This document shows, in pieces, positions 18,398-27,838 of a DNA stretch of 64,000 nt (position 1 is its first letter; each line of letters opens with the position of its first letter). The translations under genes and the position numbers were made by a program. Source of the DNA: Endomicrobiales bacterium. Lineage in GTDB: Bacteria; Elusimicrobiota; Endomicrobiia; Endomicrobiales; JALOBY01. Location of the stretch: positions 30,492 through 94,491 of the forward strand of contig CAWCNJ010000009.1 in the NCBI GenBank assembly GCA_963796955.1, in the 5' to 3' direction. The notes beneath the pieces are model-generated. The model did no database searches. It was given only the letters and a program-made list of their open reading frames with translations, and was not told the origin of the DNA.

Positions 18398-18700
18398 ATG
18401 GAAAATCGAAGAAAAGCGCTTAGAAAACCGCTGGTAAGCCCGGTCATGATCCTGGCGGCGGCGTTACGAAAGAAAATAGCAGAGGGGTTTGTGACCAACA
18501 TTAACGACGGCGGCCTGGGTATCGTAAGCCCGAAAGACCTGCCTGTTGGCGACACGTTGCTCTTCAACATCAACATGCCCAACGGCTGGCACCTGGACCT
18601 GTTCGGAAAGATCGTGCACGCAAGGCACGGTCCAACCCTGAACGCCTACGGCGCCGTTTTCGACCCCGGCCAGGCCACGTTCATCTTCAACTTGTTTTAA
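18398..18700 (+). CDS. Stand-alone PilZ-domain protein (c-di-GMP receptor-like)
   Basis: RRKALR (RxxxR) near the N-terminus and NINDGGLGI (D/NxSxxG-like). About 100 aa, beta-barrel-type sequence. Confidence 0.6.
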   Translation: MENRRKALRKPLVSPVMILAAALRKKIAEGFVTNINDGGLGIVSPKDLPVGDTLLFNINMPNGWHLDLFGKIVHARHGPTLNAYGAVFDPGQATFIFNLF

Positions 18701-18738
18701 TTCTGTCCAGGCCATAACTGCCGAAAACAGAGCAAGAA

Positions 18739-18774
18739 CCGCACTGCGGGGCAACCCCCCGCCTGCGGTTTTTT
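18739..18774 (+). terminator. Rho-independent terminator closing the receiver / rSAM / PKS / PilZ block
   Basis: CCGCA-ct-GCGGGG caacc CCCCGC-c-TGCGG followed by TTTTTT. Confidence 0.7.
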
Positions 18775-18792
18775 GTTTGCAAAATATCAGAG

Positions 18793-18821
18793 TTGAAAAC
18801 CCTTCGAATAATAGATACAAT
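18793..18821 (+). promoter_or_regulatory. Sigma-70-like promoter for the DUF3800 gene
   Basis: TTGAAA - 17 nt - TACAAT, about 80 nt upstream of the GTG start. Confidence 0.45.
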
Positions 18822-18903
18822 TACTTGTCGTATCTGTCCCGCTATTGGGAACAGTACGGAAGGTCTTTAGTTTTTAAGTTAAGGCTTCGATCGGGGAGCG
18901 TTT

Positions 18904-19545
18904 GTGGGTTATATATACATGGATGAAAGCGGGGACTTGGGGTTTGATTTCTCCAAGGATGGTACGTCTGATTGTTTTGTAATTACATTTCTTTTTGTTA
19001 AAGATAAAAGGCCTGTTGAGAAGATTGTTAAAAGAGTCTTCGCAATGTTCTCTAAAAAACAGATAAGGCATCATTCAGGGGTGCTGCATTGTTACAAGGA
19101 GCATCCAAAAACAAGACAGCGAGTTTTAAAAGAGTTAGCGGGCAAAGATGTTAGTGTGATCTCGATTTATCTTAATAAGCATAAGGTCTATACGCAGCTG
19201 AAAGATGAAAAGCAAGTGCTCTATAATTATGTGGTGAATATCCTTCTTGACAGGGTATTTTCAAAGAAATTGTTAGGCAATTCCGGTGATATTGTGCTCG
19301 TAGCTTCCAGAAGGGAAACGAATAAGTTCTTGAATGAGAATTTCAAACAGTATCTTGAAAGGCAGGTTAAATTAAACCACAACGAACACATCAAAATAGA
19401 GGTAAAGACGCCATCGGAGGAAAAATGTTTACAGGTGGTAGATTTTGCATGCTGGGCTATTTTTAGAAAGAGACAATGGAACGACAATTCTTATTACGAG
19501 CTTATTAGAACAAAAGTTGTCGAAGAAAACCCATTATTCGCTTAG
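18904..19545 (+). CDS. DUF3800-family protein
   Basis: MGYIYMDESGDLGFDF... is the typical DUF3800 N-terminus, with a conserved-looking C-terminal LQVVDFACWAIFR. GGGGAG SD before GTG. Visibly AT-richer than the flanks. Confidence 0.65.
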   Translation: MGYIYMDESGDLGFDFSKDGTSDCFVITFLFVKDKRPVEKIVKRVFAMFSKKQIRHHSGVLHCYKEHPKTRQRVLKELAGKDVSVISIYLNKHKVYTQLKDEKQVLYNYVVNILLDRVFSKKLLGNSGDIVLVASRRETNKFLNENFKQYLERQVKLNHNEHIKIEVKTPSEEKCLQVVDFACWAIFRKRQWNDNSYYELIRTKVVEENPLFA

Positions 19546-19717
19546 AAATGACAAAGCCTTGAGCGTTATTTGCGAGGAACCATACGGAACCCCACGCACA
19601 AGGACTTACTCGTCACTATATTTGGAAACAAAGTAACCCTTAAAAGACAATAACAGTATACGCAAACTTTTGTTGTATGTCAAGCACCTCAATAGCTGTT
19701 CCTCTTGTTTCGCGTTT

Positions 19718-19747
19718 TTGACAACACCTTCCTAAAAGATGTACAAT
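19718..19747 (+). promoter_or_regulatory. Sigma-70-like promoter for rsmD and downstream genes
   Basis: TTGACA - 18 nt - TACAAT, 25 nt upstream of ATG 19772. Confidence 0.45.
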
Positions 19748-19771
19748 TATGCCTGAAAATCAAGGAAATGT

Positions 19772-20344
19772 ATGAGCGACGGGATCAGGATAATAGCGGG
19801 GGAACTTCGCGGCCGCATCATCAAAACGCCTAAGGGCGAATTTGCTGTGCGGCCTATGCTGTCTCGTATCAAAAAGTCGCTTTTTGACATTTTGACCCCC
19901 TGCATCGGCGACGCTAAAATGCTGGACCTGTTCGCGGGCGTCGGCGGGGTGGGGATAGAGGCGTTATCTCGCGGGGCGGCGCACGTAACTTTTGTTGAGC
20001 TGGACACTAATTTTAAGAAGCTTATTGAAGAGAATTTGAGAACGCTCGGGCTGGACAAACGGGCGGTGGTGCATCAGGCGGATGTGATGCACGCAGTGCA
20101 GTGGCTGAAAGGGCCTTTTGACATTGTTTTTTTTGGGCCGCCATATAAGGACGCGAACAGGGCACCTTTAGCGCTTACCAGCCCGACGCTTGCGGGGATA
20201 GCAGCCTCCGGCATGCTGGCCGATGGCGGCTTGATCGTAAGCCAGCGCGCGACCAAAGAAGCGGTCGCCGTTCCTGAACAGTTCGTCCTCGCACGCACTA
20301 AAGTTTATGACGACACAACAATAGATTTTTACAAAAAGAAATAA
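19772..20344 (+). CDS. rsmD: 16S rRNA (guanine966-N2)-methyltransferase
   Basis: IRIIAGELRGR.I..P.....RP...R.K.SLF..L......MLDLFAGVGGVGIEALSRGA..V.FVE...FFGPPY. Confidence 0.85.
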   Translation: MSDGIRIIAGELRGRIIKTPKGEFAVRPMLSRIKKSLFDILTPCIGDAKMLDLFAGVGGVGIEALSRGAAHVTFVELDTNFKKLIEENLRTLGLDKRAVVHQADVMHAVQWLKGPFDIVFFGPPYKDANRAPLALTSPTLAGIAASGMLADGGLIVSQRATKEAVAVPEQFVLARTKVYDDTTIDFYKKK

Positions 20345-20346
20345 CC

Positions 20347-21165
20347 ATGGCATCTTCTTCAGAAAACATTAACGGCCTTGGCGCCGATCCGGCGACGTAC
20401 CAGATAAGCTATTCAAAGGTTGTCGCCTATAACTTTTGCCCGCAAAAATACCGGCTGGTTTTTGTGGAGCGGTGGTTTGCGCCGTCTAACCAGTATATTG
20501 CGCTTGGGCATTCCATCCACAAAACGCTGGAACTTTTTCATTCCCGCAAGGGTATGGAATCCATTGACGACTTGCTGGAATGTTACAACGAGGCCTGGGT
20601 GAACGACGGCTTCACCACGCCTCAGGCAGCGCAGGAATATTTTGAGAAAGGCGAGCGCATGCTGGTCCGGTACTGGGAAGACAACCAGGACCGCAAGACC
20701 GAGATACTTTTTGTTGAAAAACATTTCGCATTCGACCTGAACGGCGTTAAACTGCGCGGCATTATAGACCGCATAGACCGCCACCCGGACGGCACGGTTG
20801 AGGTTATTGACTACAAGACGCACAATGAAGTTTGGGAGCAGGATAAAGCCGATGCCGACCTTCAGCTGAGCGTATACCACATGGCCGCGCAAGACCTGCT
20901 CGGCGCGCCGCCAGATACGCTGACATATTATTTTCTTGCACATGGCAGAAGAGTCAGCACGCACAGAACGCCGGAACAAATAGAAGAAGCGTTGAAGGTA
21001 ATTGCAAAGGCCAGGGAACAGATACTTTCTAAGAATTTCGTACCAAATACAGCTATGTGCCACCGTTGTGACTTTAGGGAAAAATGCCCGCACAGTATCG
21101 CTAAATCACCGGAACCGGTGGAAAAGCCGGGCACGTTCAGTATCAAAGACCTTTTGGAGAGATAA
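20347..21165 (+). CDS. PD-(D/E)XK (RecB/Cas4-like) nuclease with an Fe-S-type Cys cluster
   Basis: YNFCPQKY at the N-terminus; GIIDRIDRHPDGTVEVIDYKT (D...ExK); QLSVY; C-terminal CHRCDFREKCPH. Confidence 0.7.
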   Translation: MASSSENINGLGADPATYQISYSKVVAYNFCPQKYRLVFVERWFAPSNQYIALGHSIHKTLELFHSRKGMESIDDLLECYNEAWVNDGFTTPQAAQEYFEKGERMLVRYWEDNQDRKTEILFVEKHFAFDLNGVKLRGIIDRIDRHPDGTVEVIDYKTHNEVWEQDKADADLQLSVYHMAAQDLLGAPPDTLTYYFLAHGRRVSTHRTPEQIEEALKVIAKAREQILSKNFVPNTAMCHRCDFREKCPHSIAKSPEPVEKPGTFSIKDLLER

Positions 21166-21915
21166 ATGAGTAATATCACGGTGATCAAATTTGGCGGCAG
21201 CCTTGGGCAGAATGTTAAGGCGCTTTCTTCTTTTTGCAAAGATGTTGCAAAGCTTTCTAAAAAGGAGCCCGTTGTGCTGGTTCACGGCGGCGGTCCCGAG
21301 ATAAACTCCTGGGTGGAAAGGCTCGGTTTGAAAGTAACATTTGTCAACGGCAGGCGCTATACTGATGAAGCGGTGCTTGAAGTCGTCGAGATGGTGTTAA
21401 GCGGCAAAGTAAACAAAGGTTTTGTGACATTGCTTAATAAACAGGGCTCGAAAGCCGTCGGAATATCCGCCAAAGACGGCAAGACCGCTGTCTGCAAACG
21501 GGTAAAGGAACTGGGGCTGGTGGGTGAGCCTGCGAAGATAGATGTAACGCTTATAACCACGTTATTGAAGGCCGGTTTCCTGCCGGTGCTCTCAAGCGTG
21601 GGTGCGGACGCGAAGGGGAATGTGTTGAATGTGAACGCCGATTCCCTCGCCATGGCGCTGGCCGGTGCTTTAAAGGCCCGACGATTGGTCTTAATGACGG
21701 ATGTATGCGGCGTGCTGGACGCGCACAAACGCACGATACCTGCCATCAGGACGTGTCACGTAGGTTCTCTTATAAAAGACGGGATCGTTACGGGCGGTAT
21801 GATACCAAAATTGCAGGCCTGCGCGCTTGCCGTAAAGAATGGGATCAGGGAAGTGATAATTGCGGACGGATCCCGCGGGCTGAAGACTATAAGAGGAACG
21901 GTCATAAAAAAGTGA
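21166..21915 (+). CDS. argB: Acetylglutamate kinase
   Basis: VIKFGGS...VLVHGGGPEI...VNGRRYTD...GKVNK...LNVNADS. Confidence 0.9.
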   Translation: MSNITVIKFGGSLGQNVKALSSFCKDVAKLSKKEPVVLVHGGGPEINSWVERLGLKVTFVNGRRYTDEAVLEVVEMVLSGKVNKGFVTLLNKQGSKAVGISAKDGKTAVCKRVKELGLVGEPAKIDVTLITTLLKAGFLPVLSSVGADAKGNVLNVNADSLAMALAGALKARRLVLMTDVCGVLDAHKRTIPAIRTCHVGSLIKDGIVTGGMIPKLQACALAVKNGIREVIIADGSRGLKTIRGTVIKK

Positions 21916-21923
21916 GAACTGAT

Positions 21924-23096
21924 ATGATAAAAAATGAAAAGAAATATATTCTGCAAACCTATAAAAGAAATCCGTTGCTGATCGTTAAAGGTAAAGATAA
22001 ATTTGTCTGGGATGATACCGGTAAAAAATACCTGGACATGTTCTCGGGGCTGAGCGTCTGCAACGTGGGCCACAGCAATCCGAAAGTAGTATCGGCGATA
22101 ACGGAGCAGGCGAAAAAATATCTGCATACTTCAAACCTGTACTACACTGAGCCGCAGATAAAACTCGCTCAGCAGCTGATCGGGCTTAGTTTTCCCGGGA
22201 AGGTCTTTTTCTCCAACTCCGGGGCCGAGGCGAACGAATGTGCGATAAAGGCTTCCAGAAGAATGGGGCAGGGCAGGTATGAGATCATAGCCTTCAACGA
22301 ATCTTTTCACGGCAGGACCATGGGCACTATTTCGGCTACCGGTCAGGAAAAATTCCATAAGGGCTTCCACCCGCTGCTGCCCGGTTTTGTGTTCGCTGAT
22401 TTCAATGACCTGGACTCTGTGAAAAGGCTGATCAATAAAAAGACCGCCGCGATACTGGTTGAGCCGGTGCAGGGCGAGGGCGGCGTTAACGTAGGCACAA
22501 AGACGTTCCTGAAAGGCTTAAGGCAGCTGGCGGACAAGCACAACCTAACGCTGATATTTGACGAGGTCCAGACGGGTCTTGGCAGGACCGGTAAGATATT
22601 TGCCTTCGAGCATTCAAGCGTAAAGCCCGATATCGTCACCCTAGCTAAAAGCCTGGGCGGCGGCTTACCGATCGGCGCGACGATCCTCTCAAAGAAATGC
22701 GAGAACGCCCTTGGCGCGGGCGACCATGCCTCTACCTTCGGCGGTAATCCGGTTTCATGCGCGGCCGCTCTTGCAGTGCTCTCGTTACTTGATAAGAAAA
22801 TGCTTAAGCATGTGCAGCAGCTTGGCGAATATTTCCTTGAGCAGCTGGCGGGGTTGATAGCGAAATATCCCTTCGTAAAGTCCGCAAGGGGAACGGGTCT
22901 GATGATCGGCCTTGAACTGGATTTCCCGGGCGCCGGGATAGTAGATTATTTCAGGCAGCAGGGCGTGCTGATAAATTGCACGCATAATACCGTGCTCAGG
23001 TTCCTGCCGCCGTTCACCATTACCAGGGCGGATGTGGACCTTACGGTCAAATTGCTGGACAAAGCTTTTAAGCTTCACGCTGACAATAAACTATAG
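21924..23096 (+). CDS. argD: Acetylornithine aminotransferase
   Basis: YKRNPLLIVKGKDKFVWDDTGKKYLD...NSGAEANE...FHGRT...DEVQTGLGRTGK...TLAKSLGGGLP. The track ORF has a spurious 5' extension; ATG 21924 fits the family N-terminus. Confidence 0.9.
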   Translation: MIKNEKKYILQTYKRNPLLIVKGKDKFVWDDTGKKYLDMFSGLSVCNVGHSNPKVVSAITEQAKKYLHTSNLYYTEPQIKLAQQLIGLSFPGKVFFSNSGAEANECAIKASRRMGQGRYEIIAFNESFHGRTMGTISATGQEKFHKGFHPLLPGFVFADFNDLDSVKRLINKKTAAILVEPVQGEGGVNVGTKTFLKGLRQLADKHNLTLIFDEVQTGLGRTGKIFAFEHSSVKPDIVTLAKSLGGGLPIGATILSKKCENALGAGDHASTFGGNPVSCAAALAVLSLLDKKMLKHVQQLGEYFLEQLAGLIAKYPFVKSARGTGLMIGLELDFPGAGIVDYFRQQGVLINCTHNTVLRFLPPFTITRADVDLTVKLLDKAFKLHADNKL

Positions 23097-23109
23097 AAAA
23101 GGATAGATC

Positions 23110-24315
23110 ATGGCAAATCCGAAGAAGATCGTCGTCGCGTATTCAGGCGGGCTGGACACCTCCGTTATCTTGCGCTGGCTGAAAGAAAAATACGGCTCGG
23201 AGATAATAGCGGTGGCGATAGATGTGGGACAGGGCAAGGAACTTGCCCCGTTGCGCGCCAAAGCCCTTAAGACCGGCGCCGATAAATATTACGTCGTGGA
23301 TGCCAGAAAAGAATTCGTGACCGATTATATTTTCCCGGCGATAAAGGCGCACGCCCTGTATGAAGGGAAATACCTGCTCGGCACCTCGCTGGCCCGCCCG
23401 GTCATAGCTGAAAAGATCGTAGAAATATGCCGCAAGGAAAAAGCTGATGCCGTCTGCCACGGCGCAACCGGTAAAGGCAACGATCAGGTGCGTTTCGAGC
23501 TGACCTTTAAAGCGCTTATGCCGGAACTTAAAATAATCGCGCCCTGGCGCGAGTGGGAATTCAAATCCCGTGAAGACGAGATAGAGTACGCAAAAAAGCA
23601 CGGCATTCCGGTGCCGGTCACAAAGGCAAAGCCGTATTCGTCTGACGCTAACTTGTGGCATATATCGTACGAGGGCGGCATTCTTGAAGACCCTGCTAAT
23701 GAATACGATGAATCCATGTTCGCTATGACGGTCTCACCTGAAAAGGCGCCCGCAAAACCTGCGTACGTTACGATTGATTTTGTGAAGGGCATTCCGGTTG
23801 CCGTCAACAAAAAGAAACTGGAGCCCGTAAAGCTGATAGAGACGCTCAACAAGATCGTCGGAGCCCATGGTATAGGCCGCGTTGATATCGTCGAGAACCG
23901 CCTTGTGGGAATGAAATCGCGCGGTGTCTATGAAGCGCCAGCGGCAACAGCCCTGTACTTTGCCCACCGTGAACTTGAATATCTGTGCCTTGACCGTGAT
24001 ACTTTCCATTACAAGGAACAACTTGGCCCCAAATATGCCGAGATGGCCTACAACGGTCTTTGGTTCGTGCCTCTCAGGGAAGCCTTGGATGCATTTGTTG
24101 ACAAGACTCAGGAACCGGTGACCGGTTCTGTGAAATTGAAGCTGTATAAAGGCAACATCGAAGTTTTCAGCCGCTTGAGCAAGAATTCTCTCTATTGGGA
24201 AAAACTTGCGACATTCGGCGAGGAAGATATTTATAACCAGCGGGATGCTGAAGGGTTTATTAATTTGTTTGGCTTGCCATTGAAAGTAAGGGCGATCTTG
24301 AACGGCAAGAGGTAA
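23110..24315 (+). CDS. argG: Argininosuccinate synthase
   Basis: [14 protein letters not shown]...[14 protein letters not shown]...[14 protein letters not shown]. Confidence 0.95.
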   Translation: MANPKKIVVAYSGGLDTSVILRWLKEKYGSEIIAVAIDVGQGKELAPLRAKALKTGADKYYVVDARKEFVTDYIFPAIKAHALYEGKYLLGTSLARPVIAEKIVEICRKEKADAVCHGATGKGNDQVRFELTFKALMPELKIIAPWREWEFKSREDEIEYAKKHGIPVPVTKAKPYSSDANLWHISYEGGILEDPANEYDESMFAMTVSPEKAPAKPAYVTIDFVKGIPVAVNKKKLEPVKLIETLNKIVGAHGIGRVDIVENRLVGMKSRGVYEAPAATALYFAHRELEYLCLDRDTFHYKEQLGPKYAEMAYNGLWFVPLREALDAFVDKTQEPVTGSVKLKLYKGNIEVFSRLSKNSLYWEKLATFGEEDIYNQRDAEGFINLFGLPLKVRAILNGKR

Positions 24316-24375
24316 GGTCGTCATTTCGGGCTTCGTGTACAGTCCTAACGCGAAAAACGTTACAAAGGGGAGCAC

Positions 24376-25704
24376 GTGGACATAAATAAAGATTTTATCG
24401 GATCGTTCGCTTTCGACGTGCGGCTTGCACAGTATGATATCGCCGGTTCTCTGGCTCATGTGAAAATGCTTGAGCACCAAAAGATAGTGCCTGTGGGCGA
24501 TTGTACGAAGATCACGAAAGGTCTTACCTCAATATCACAGGATATCCAGAAAGGATGGAAACTGCCGGCAGAAGAAGATATCCATTACGCGATCGAGAAG
24601 GAACTTATCCGTCGCATTGGCCCTGTCGGCGGCAAGATGCACACCGCCCGCAGCCGCAATGACCAGGTAGCCCTTGATCTGCGCCTGTACGTTTATGATG
24701 CGATAGAAACGATAAGCGGACTATTGGCGAACCTTCAAAGTTCTATTGTGGAGCTCGCCTCAGCCAATCAAAAAACCGTCATGCCGGGTTACACCCATCT
24801 TCAGCCCGCCCAGCCGGTGTTGTTCGCCCATTATATCCTTGCTTATGCCTGGATGTTCCAGCGCGACAGGGAACGGCTTGCTGACTGCCTTACGCGCGTT
24901 AATATACTGCCGCTCGGCAGCGCGGCTCTGGCAGGCACTTCTTTTCCCATTGATCGCCAGTTCGTTGCGAAACAACTGGGTTTTAGCGGTGTTTGTGATA
25001 ATTCTATGGATGGGGTCAGTGACCGCGATTTTGCGATAGAATTTCTTTCTGCCGGCGCCGTGATCGGTATGCACTTATCCAGAATGTGCGAAGAACTTAT
25101 TGTCTGGTCCAGCGCGGAATTCAATTTTATCCGCATCAGCGATGAGTTTACTTCAGGTTCATCGATCATGCCGCAGAAGCGTAATCCTGATGTCGCGGAA
25201 ATAATCCGCGGTAAAACCGGCCGGGTATACGGAAATCTTACCGCCCTCCTCACTTTAATGAAAGGCATTCCGCTTGCCTACAACCGGGATATGCAGGAAG
25301 ATAAGCCGCCTGTCTTCGATACGGTCGACACTTTGACAGCCGCGCTTACTGTTGCTGCTCAAATGATGGCTGAGCTAAAGGTGAATGCCGGCGCTATGAA
25401 AAAAGCCACGGAACGCGGCTTTATCTGCGCCACTGAGCTCGCTGATTATCTTGCCCGGAAAAACGTTCCATTCCGCGAGGCTCATGGAATAGTAAAAGCG
25501 ATAGTCGCTCATTGCCAGGCGCAGGGAATAGCGCTTGCGGCTTGTTCTCTTGAGACGCTAAAAAAATTCTCGAAAGTTTTTGAAAAAGACGCCCTGCTCT
25601 GTCTTTCTACTGAAACGGTGGTGACGGTCAAAACATCCGCAGGCGGCACCGCGCCCCGCTCGGTCGCGAAACAGATCAATGATCTAAGGAAACTGCTGAA
25701 ATGA
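24376..25704 (+). CDS. argH: Argininosuccinate lyase (N-terminus may be clipped; see findings)
   Basis: SFAFDVRLAQYDIAGSLAHVKML...HTARSRNDQV...GYTHLQPAQP...GSSIMPQKRNPD. Confidence 0.9.
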   Translation: MDINKDFIGSFAFDVRLAQYDIAGSLAHVKMLEHQKIVPVGDCTKITKGLTSISQDIQKGWKLPAEEDIHYAIEKELIRRIGPVGGKMHTARSRNDQVALDLRLYVYDAIETISGLLANLQSSIVELASANQKTVMPGYTHLQPAQPVLFAHYILAYAWMFQRDRERLADCLTRVNILPLGSAALAGTSFPIDRQFVAKQLGFSGVCDNSMDGVSDRDFAIEFLSAGAVIGMHLSRMCEELIVWSSAEFNFIRISDEFTSGSSIMPQKRNPDVAEIIRGKTGRVYGNLTALLTLMKGIPLAYNRDMQEDKPPVFDTVDTLTAALTVAAQMMAELKVNAGAMKKATERGFICATELADYLARKNVPFREAHGIVKAIVAHCQAQGIALAACSLETLKKFSKVFEKDALLCLSTETVVTVKTSAGGTAPRSVAKQINDLRKLLK

Positions 25705-26879
25705 AAAGGATCCCTGTTGTTCTCGCTTCTCTTTTTATCGCATCCGTTGTTTTCGCCCAGAACGCTGAAAAAGTCATGTCGCTGGACGAGAGCGTCTCCC
25801 TGGGCCTGAAGAATAATCAGACATTGCTTGCCCTGCTTGAACGGGTGCAGTTGTCGGAAGAGCGCGTCACCGAAGCAAAATCCAACATCCTTCCTAAAAT
25901 AGATCTGAATTTCAATGCCTCGGAGTTCGACAATCAGGCGTCACCCAGTATCTTGTCGCCGTCGTTCGATTCGGTCTATCTGCCCCAGAACAAAAGCGAT
26001 CAGTACTTCTCGACGCGCCTTTCCATGTGGCAGTTCCTCTACAACGGCGGCCGCTACACGACAACGATAACGCTCGCCGAGACCAACCTGTCCCAGGCGA
26101 CCAGTGAAGCAGAAATAGAGCGCAATGCGGTGACCAGGGATATAAAGCTCGCGTACTATGAATTTCTCGCACAGAGCGAACGCGTGAAGGCGTACGAAGC
26201 GTCGTTGGCTCAGGCGCAAAAGGGACGGACATCCGCGGAAGAGATCAGCTCGCTCCAACATGGCCTGCTTGCTGAGAAACACAATCTGGGAAAAGTCCGG
26301 CTTCGGTACCTGTCCGCCATAGGCATGGAACTTACCGCCGAGGTTGAGGTCAAGGGTATGCTGTGCGCGCCCTATGGCGCCCTTGATGTCGATAAGGGTA
26401 TTGCCTGGGCGTTTCAATACCGGCCCGAACTGCGCCAGACCCAATTCCAGGAAAAGATCGATTCTCTCCGGGTCAACCTTTCCCTGACGGAAAGGCTGCC
26501 TACCATCAGCCTGGGCGCCAATTATGAGTGGGTCGGCGACCAGTTCCCGTTAAGCCAGAAGAATTGGAACACCACGATCAATTTCAACGTGCCGATCTTC
26601 GACGGCTGGGCAACCTGGTCCCGCATTAAGCAGCACCGTATCCAGACCCGGGAAGCGAAGATCAGGCGGGCTGCGATCGAGGATCAGGTGCGCCTTCAGG
26701 TGCGGGATGCCTCGCTCGATTACGAATTTTGGAAAGGACAGTGTTCCGCTATTGATGAATTAACAACACCCGACATCCAAAAGGGCCTCCAGAATAAATT
26801 GCAAAATATCGAGATACTTAAAGAATCGCTCAAAGCTCAATCCGTGCTTGAATGGACTGTCGGCACGAGCCTTAAATAA
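25701..26879 (+). CDS. TolC-family outer membrane efflux protein
   Basis: Signal peptide; LSLDESVSLGLKNNQTLL...A...ILPKIDLN. Two OEP-type repeats. Confidence 0.75.
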   Translation: MKRIPVVLASLFIASVVFAQNAEKVMSLDESVSLGLKNNQTLLALLERVQLSEERVTEAKSNILPKIDLNFNASEFDNQASPSILSPSFDSVYLPQNKSDQYFSTRLSMWQFLYNGGRYTTTITLAETNLSQATSEAEIERNAVTRDIKLAYYEFLAQSERVKAYEASLAQAQKGRTSAEEISSLQHGLLAEKHNLGKVRLRYLSAIGMELTAEVEVKGMLCAPYGALDVDKGIAWAFQYRPELRQTQFQEKIDSLRVNLSLTERLPTISLGANYEWVGDQFPLSQKNWNTTINFNVPIFDGWATWSRIKQHRIQTREAKIRRAAIEDQVRLQVRDASLDYEFWKGQCSAIDELTTPDIQKGLQNKLQNIEILKESLKAQSVLEWTVGTSLK

Positions 26880-26887
26880 GGGGCATT

Positions 26888-27838
26888 ATGCGCCGGTTAC
26901 TAGCTTGGCTCCTGTGCGCCGTTCTTCTCAATTCTCTCCTTGTCGTGCCGTCTATCGCTATCGATGAAAAGCGGGTTCTGACGGATTACCTGTGGTTCCG
27001 GTTCGGCCGGCTGCCTGCAGCCGAGCGCCCGCGAGTGGCCGTCGCATTAGGCGGCGGCGGCGCGCGCGGCATGGCGCATGTGGGCGTGCTCGAGGTCTTT
27101 CAGGAAAGCCGGATCCCTATCGACATTATCACAGGGACCAGTGTGGGAGCCCTGGTAGGCGCGCTCTATTCGGCGGGAACGCCGTTGGACGAAATGGAAA
27201 ACATGGCCGAGAACGTAGGCTGGAACGAGCTGTCCGACTTTTCGGGCACCACCCGTATACGGCTGTTGCTGGGAGGGTCGCTCCTGTCCAGCAAAAAAAT
27301 GGAAAGATATATCGCCGCAACGATCGGGGAAAAGCGTTTTTACAACCTGAACATTCCTTTCGCCTGCGTGGCCACGGACCTGGTGACGGGCGAGCGCGTG
27401 ATATTCCGCGACGGAGAAGTAGCCCTTGCCGCCCGCGCCAGCGCAACGGTGCCCGGGTTGTTCGATCCGGTGGAATACCGGCACCGGTTCCTTGTCGACG
27501 GCGGGATACTCGATAATATCCCGACCGATGTGGCGCGCCTGATGGGCGGCGAATATATAATCGCTGTTTCCGTTAACGGTGATTTCTCACGGCAGGCTAT
27601 TGCAAGCGTTTTCAGAGTGCTGGTGCAGTCTATATCGATACAGGGCAAGGTGCTGGACGATGAACGGCTGAAGGACGCGGATTATGTGGTCTCACCGCAG
27701 GTCGGCACCGTTTCCGCCGTAGATCTTGGACGTTCCCATGAATGCATAGATGCCGGCGTTTCCGCCGCCTGGCAGGCCGTGCCGGGAATAAAACGAACGC
27801 TGCTTGACCGGACCACCATAGGATACCTGCTCAGATGA
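26888..27838 (+). CDS. Patatin-like phospholipase with signal peptide
   Basis: ALGGGGARGMAHVGVL (oxyanion hole), GTSVGA (GxSxG), DGG (catalytic Asp). Confidence 0.85.
   Translation: MRRLLAWLLCAVLLNSLLVVPSIAIDEKRVLTDYLWFRFGRLPAAERPRVAVALGGGGARGMAHVGVLEVFQESRIPIDIITGTSVGALVGALYSAGTPLDEMENMAENVGWNELSDFSGTTRIRLLLGGSLLSSKKMERYIAATIGEKRFYNLNIPFACVATDLVTGERVIFRDGEVALAARASATVPGLFDPVEYRHRFLVDGGILDNIPTDVARLMGGEYIIAVSVNGDFSRQAIASVFRVLVQSISIQGKVLDDERLKDADYVVSPQVGTVSAVDLGRSHECIDAGVSAAWQAVPGIKRTLLDRTTIGYLLR

Noticed and set aside
20413-21093. 226-aa minus-strand ORF
   Set aside because: Antisense to the PD-(D/E)XK nuclease gene, which has clear catalytic and Cys motifs on the + strand.
23734-24480. 248-aa minus-strand ORF
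   Set aside because: Antisense to argG (and the argG-argH spacer). No motifs. The sense gene is unambiguous.
26992-27516. 174-aa Arg-rich + strand ORF
   Set aside because: It is an alternative frame of the patatin gene. The composition (RRRRRARHG...) is the usual out-of-frame reading of GC-rich codons.
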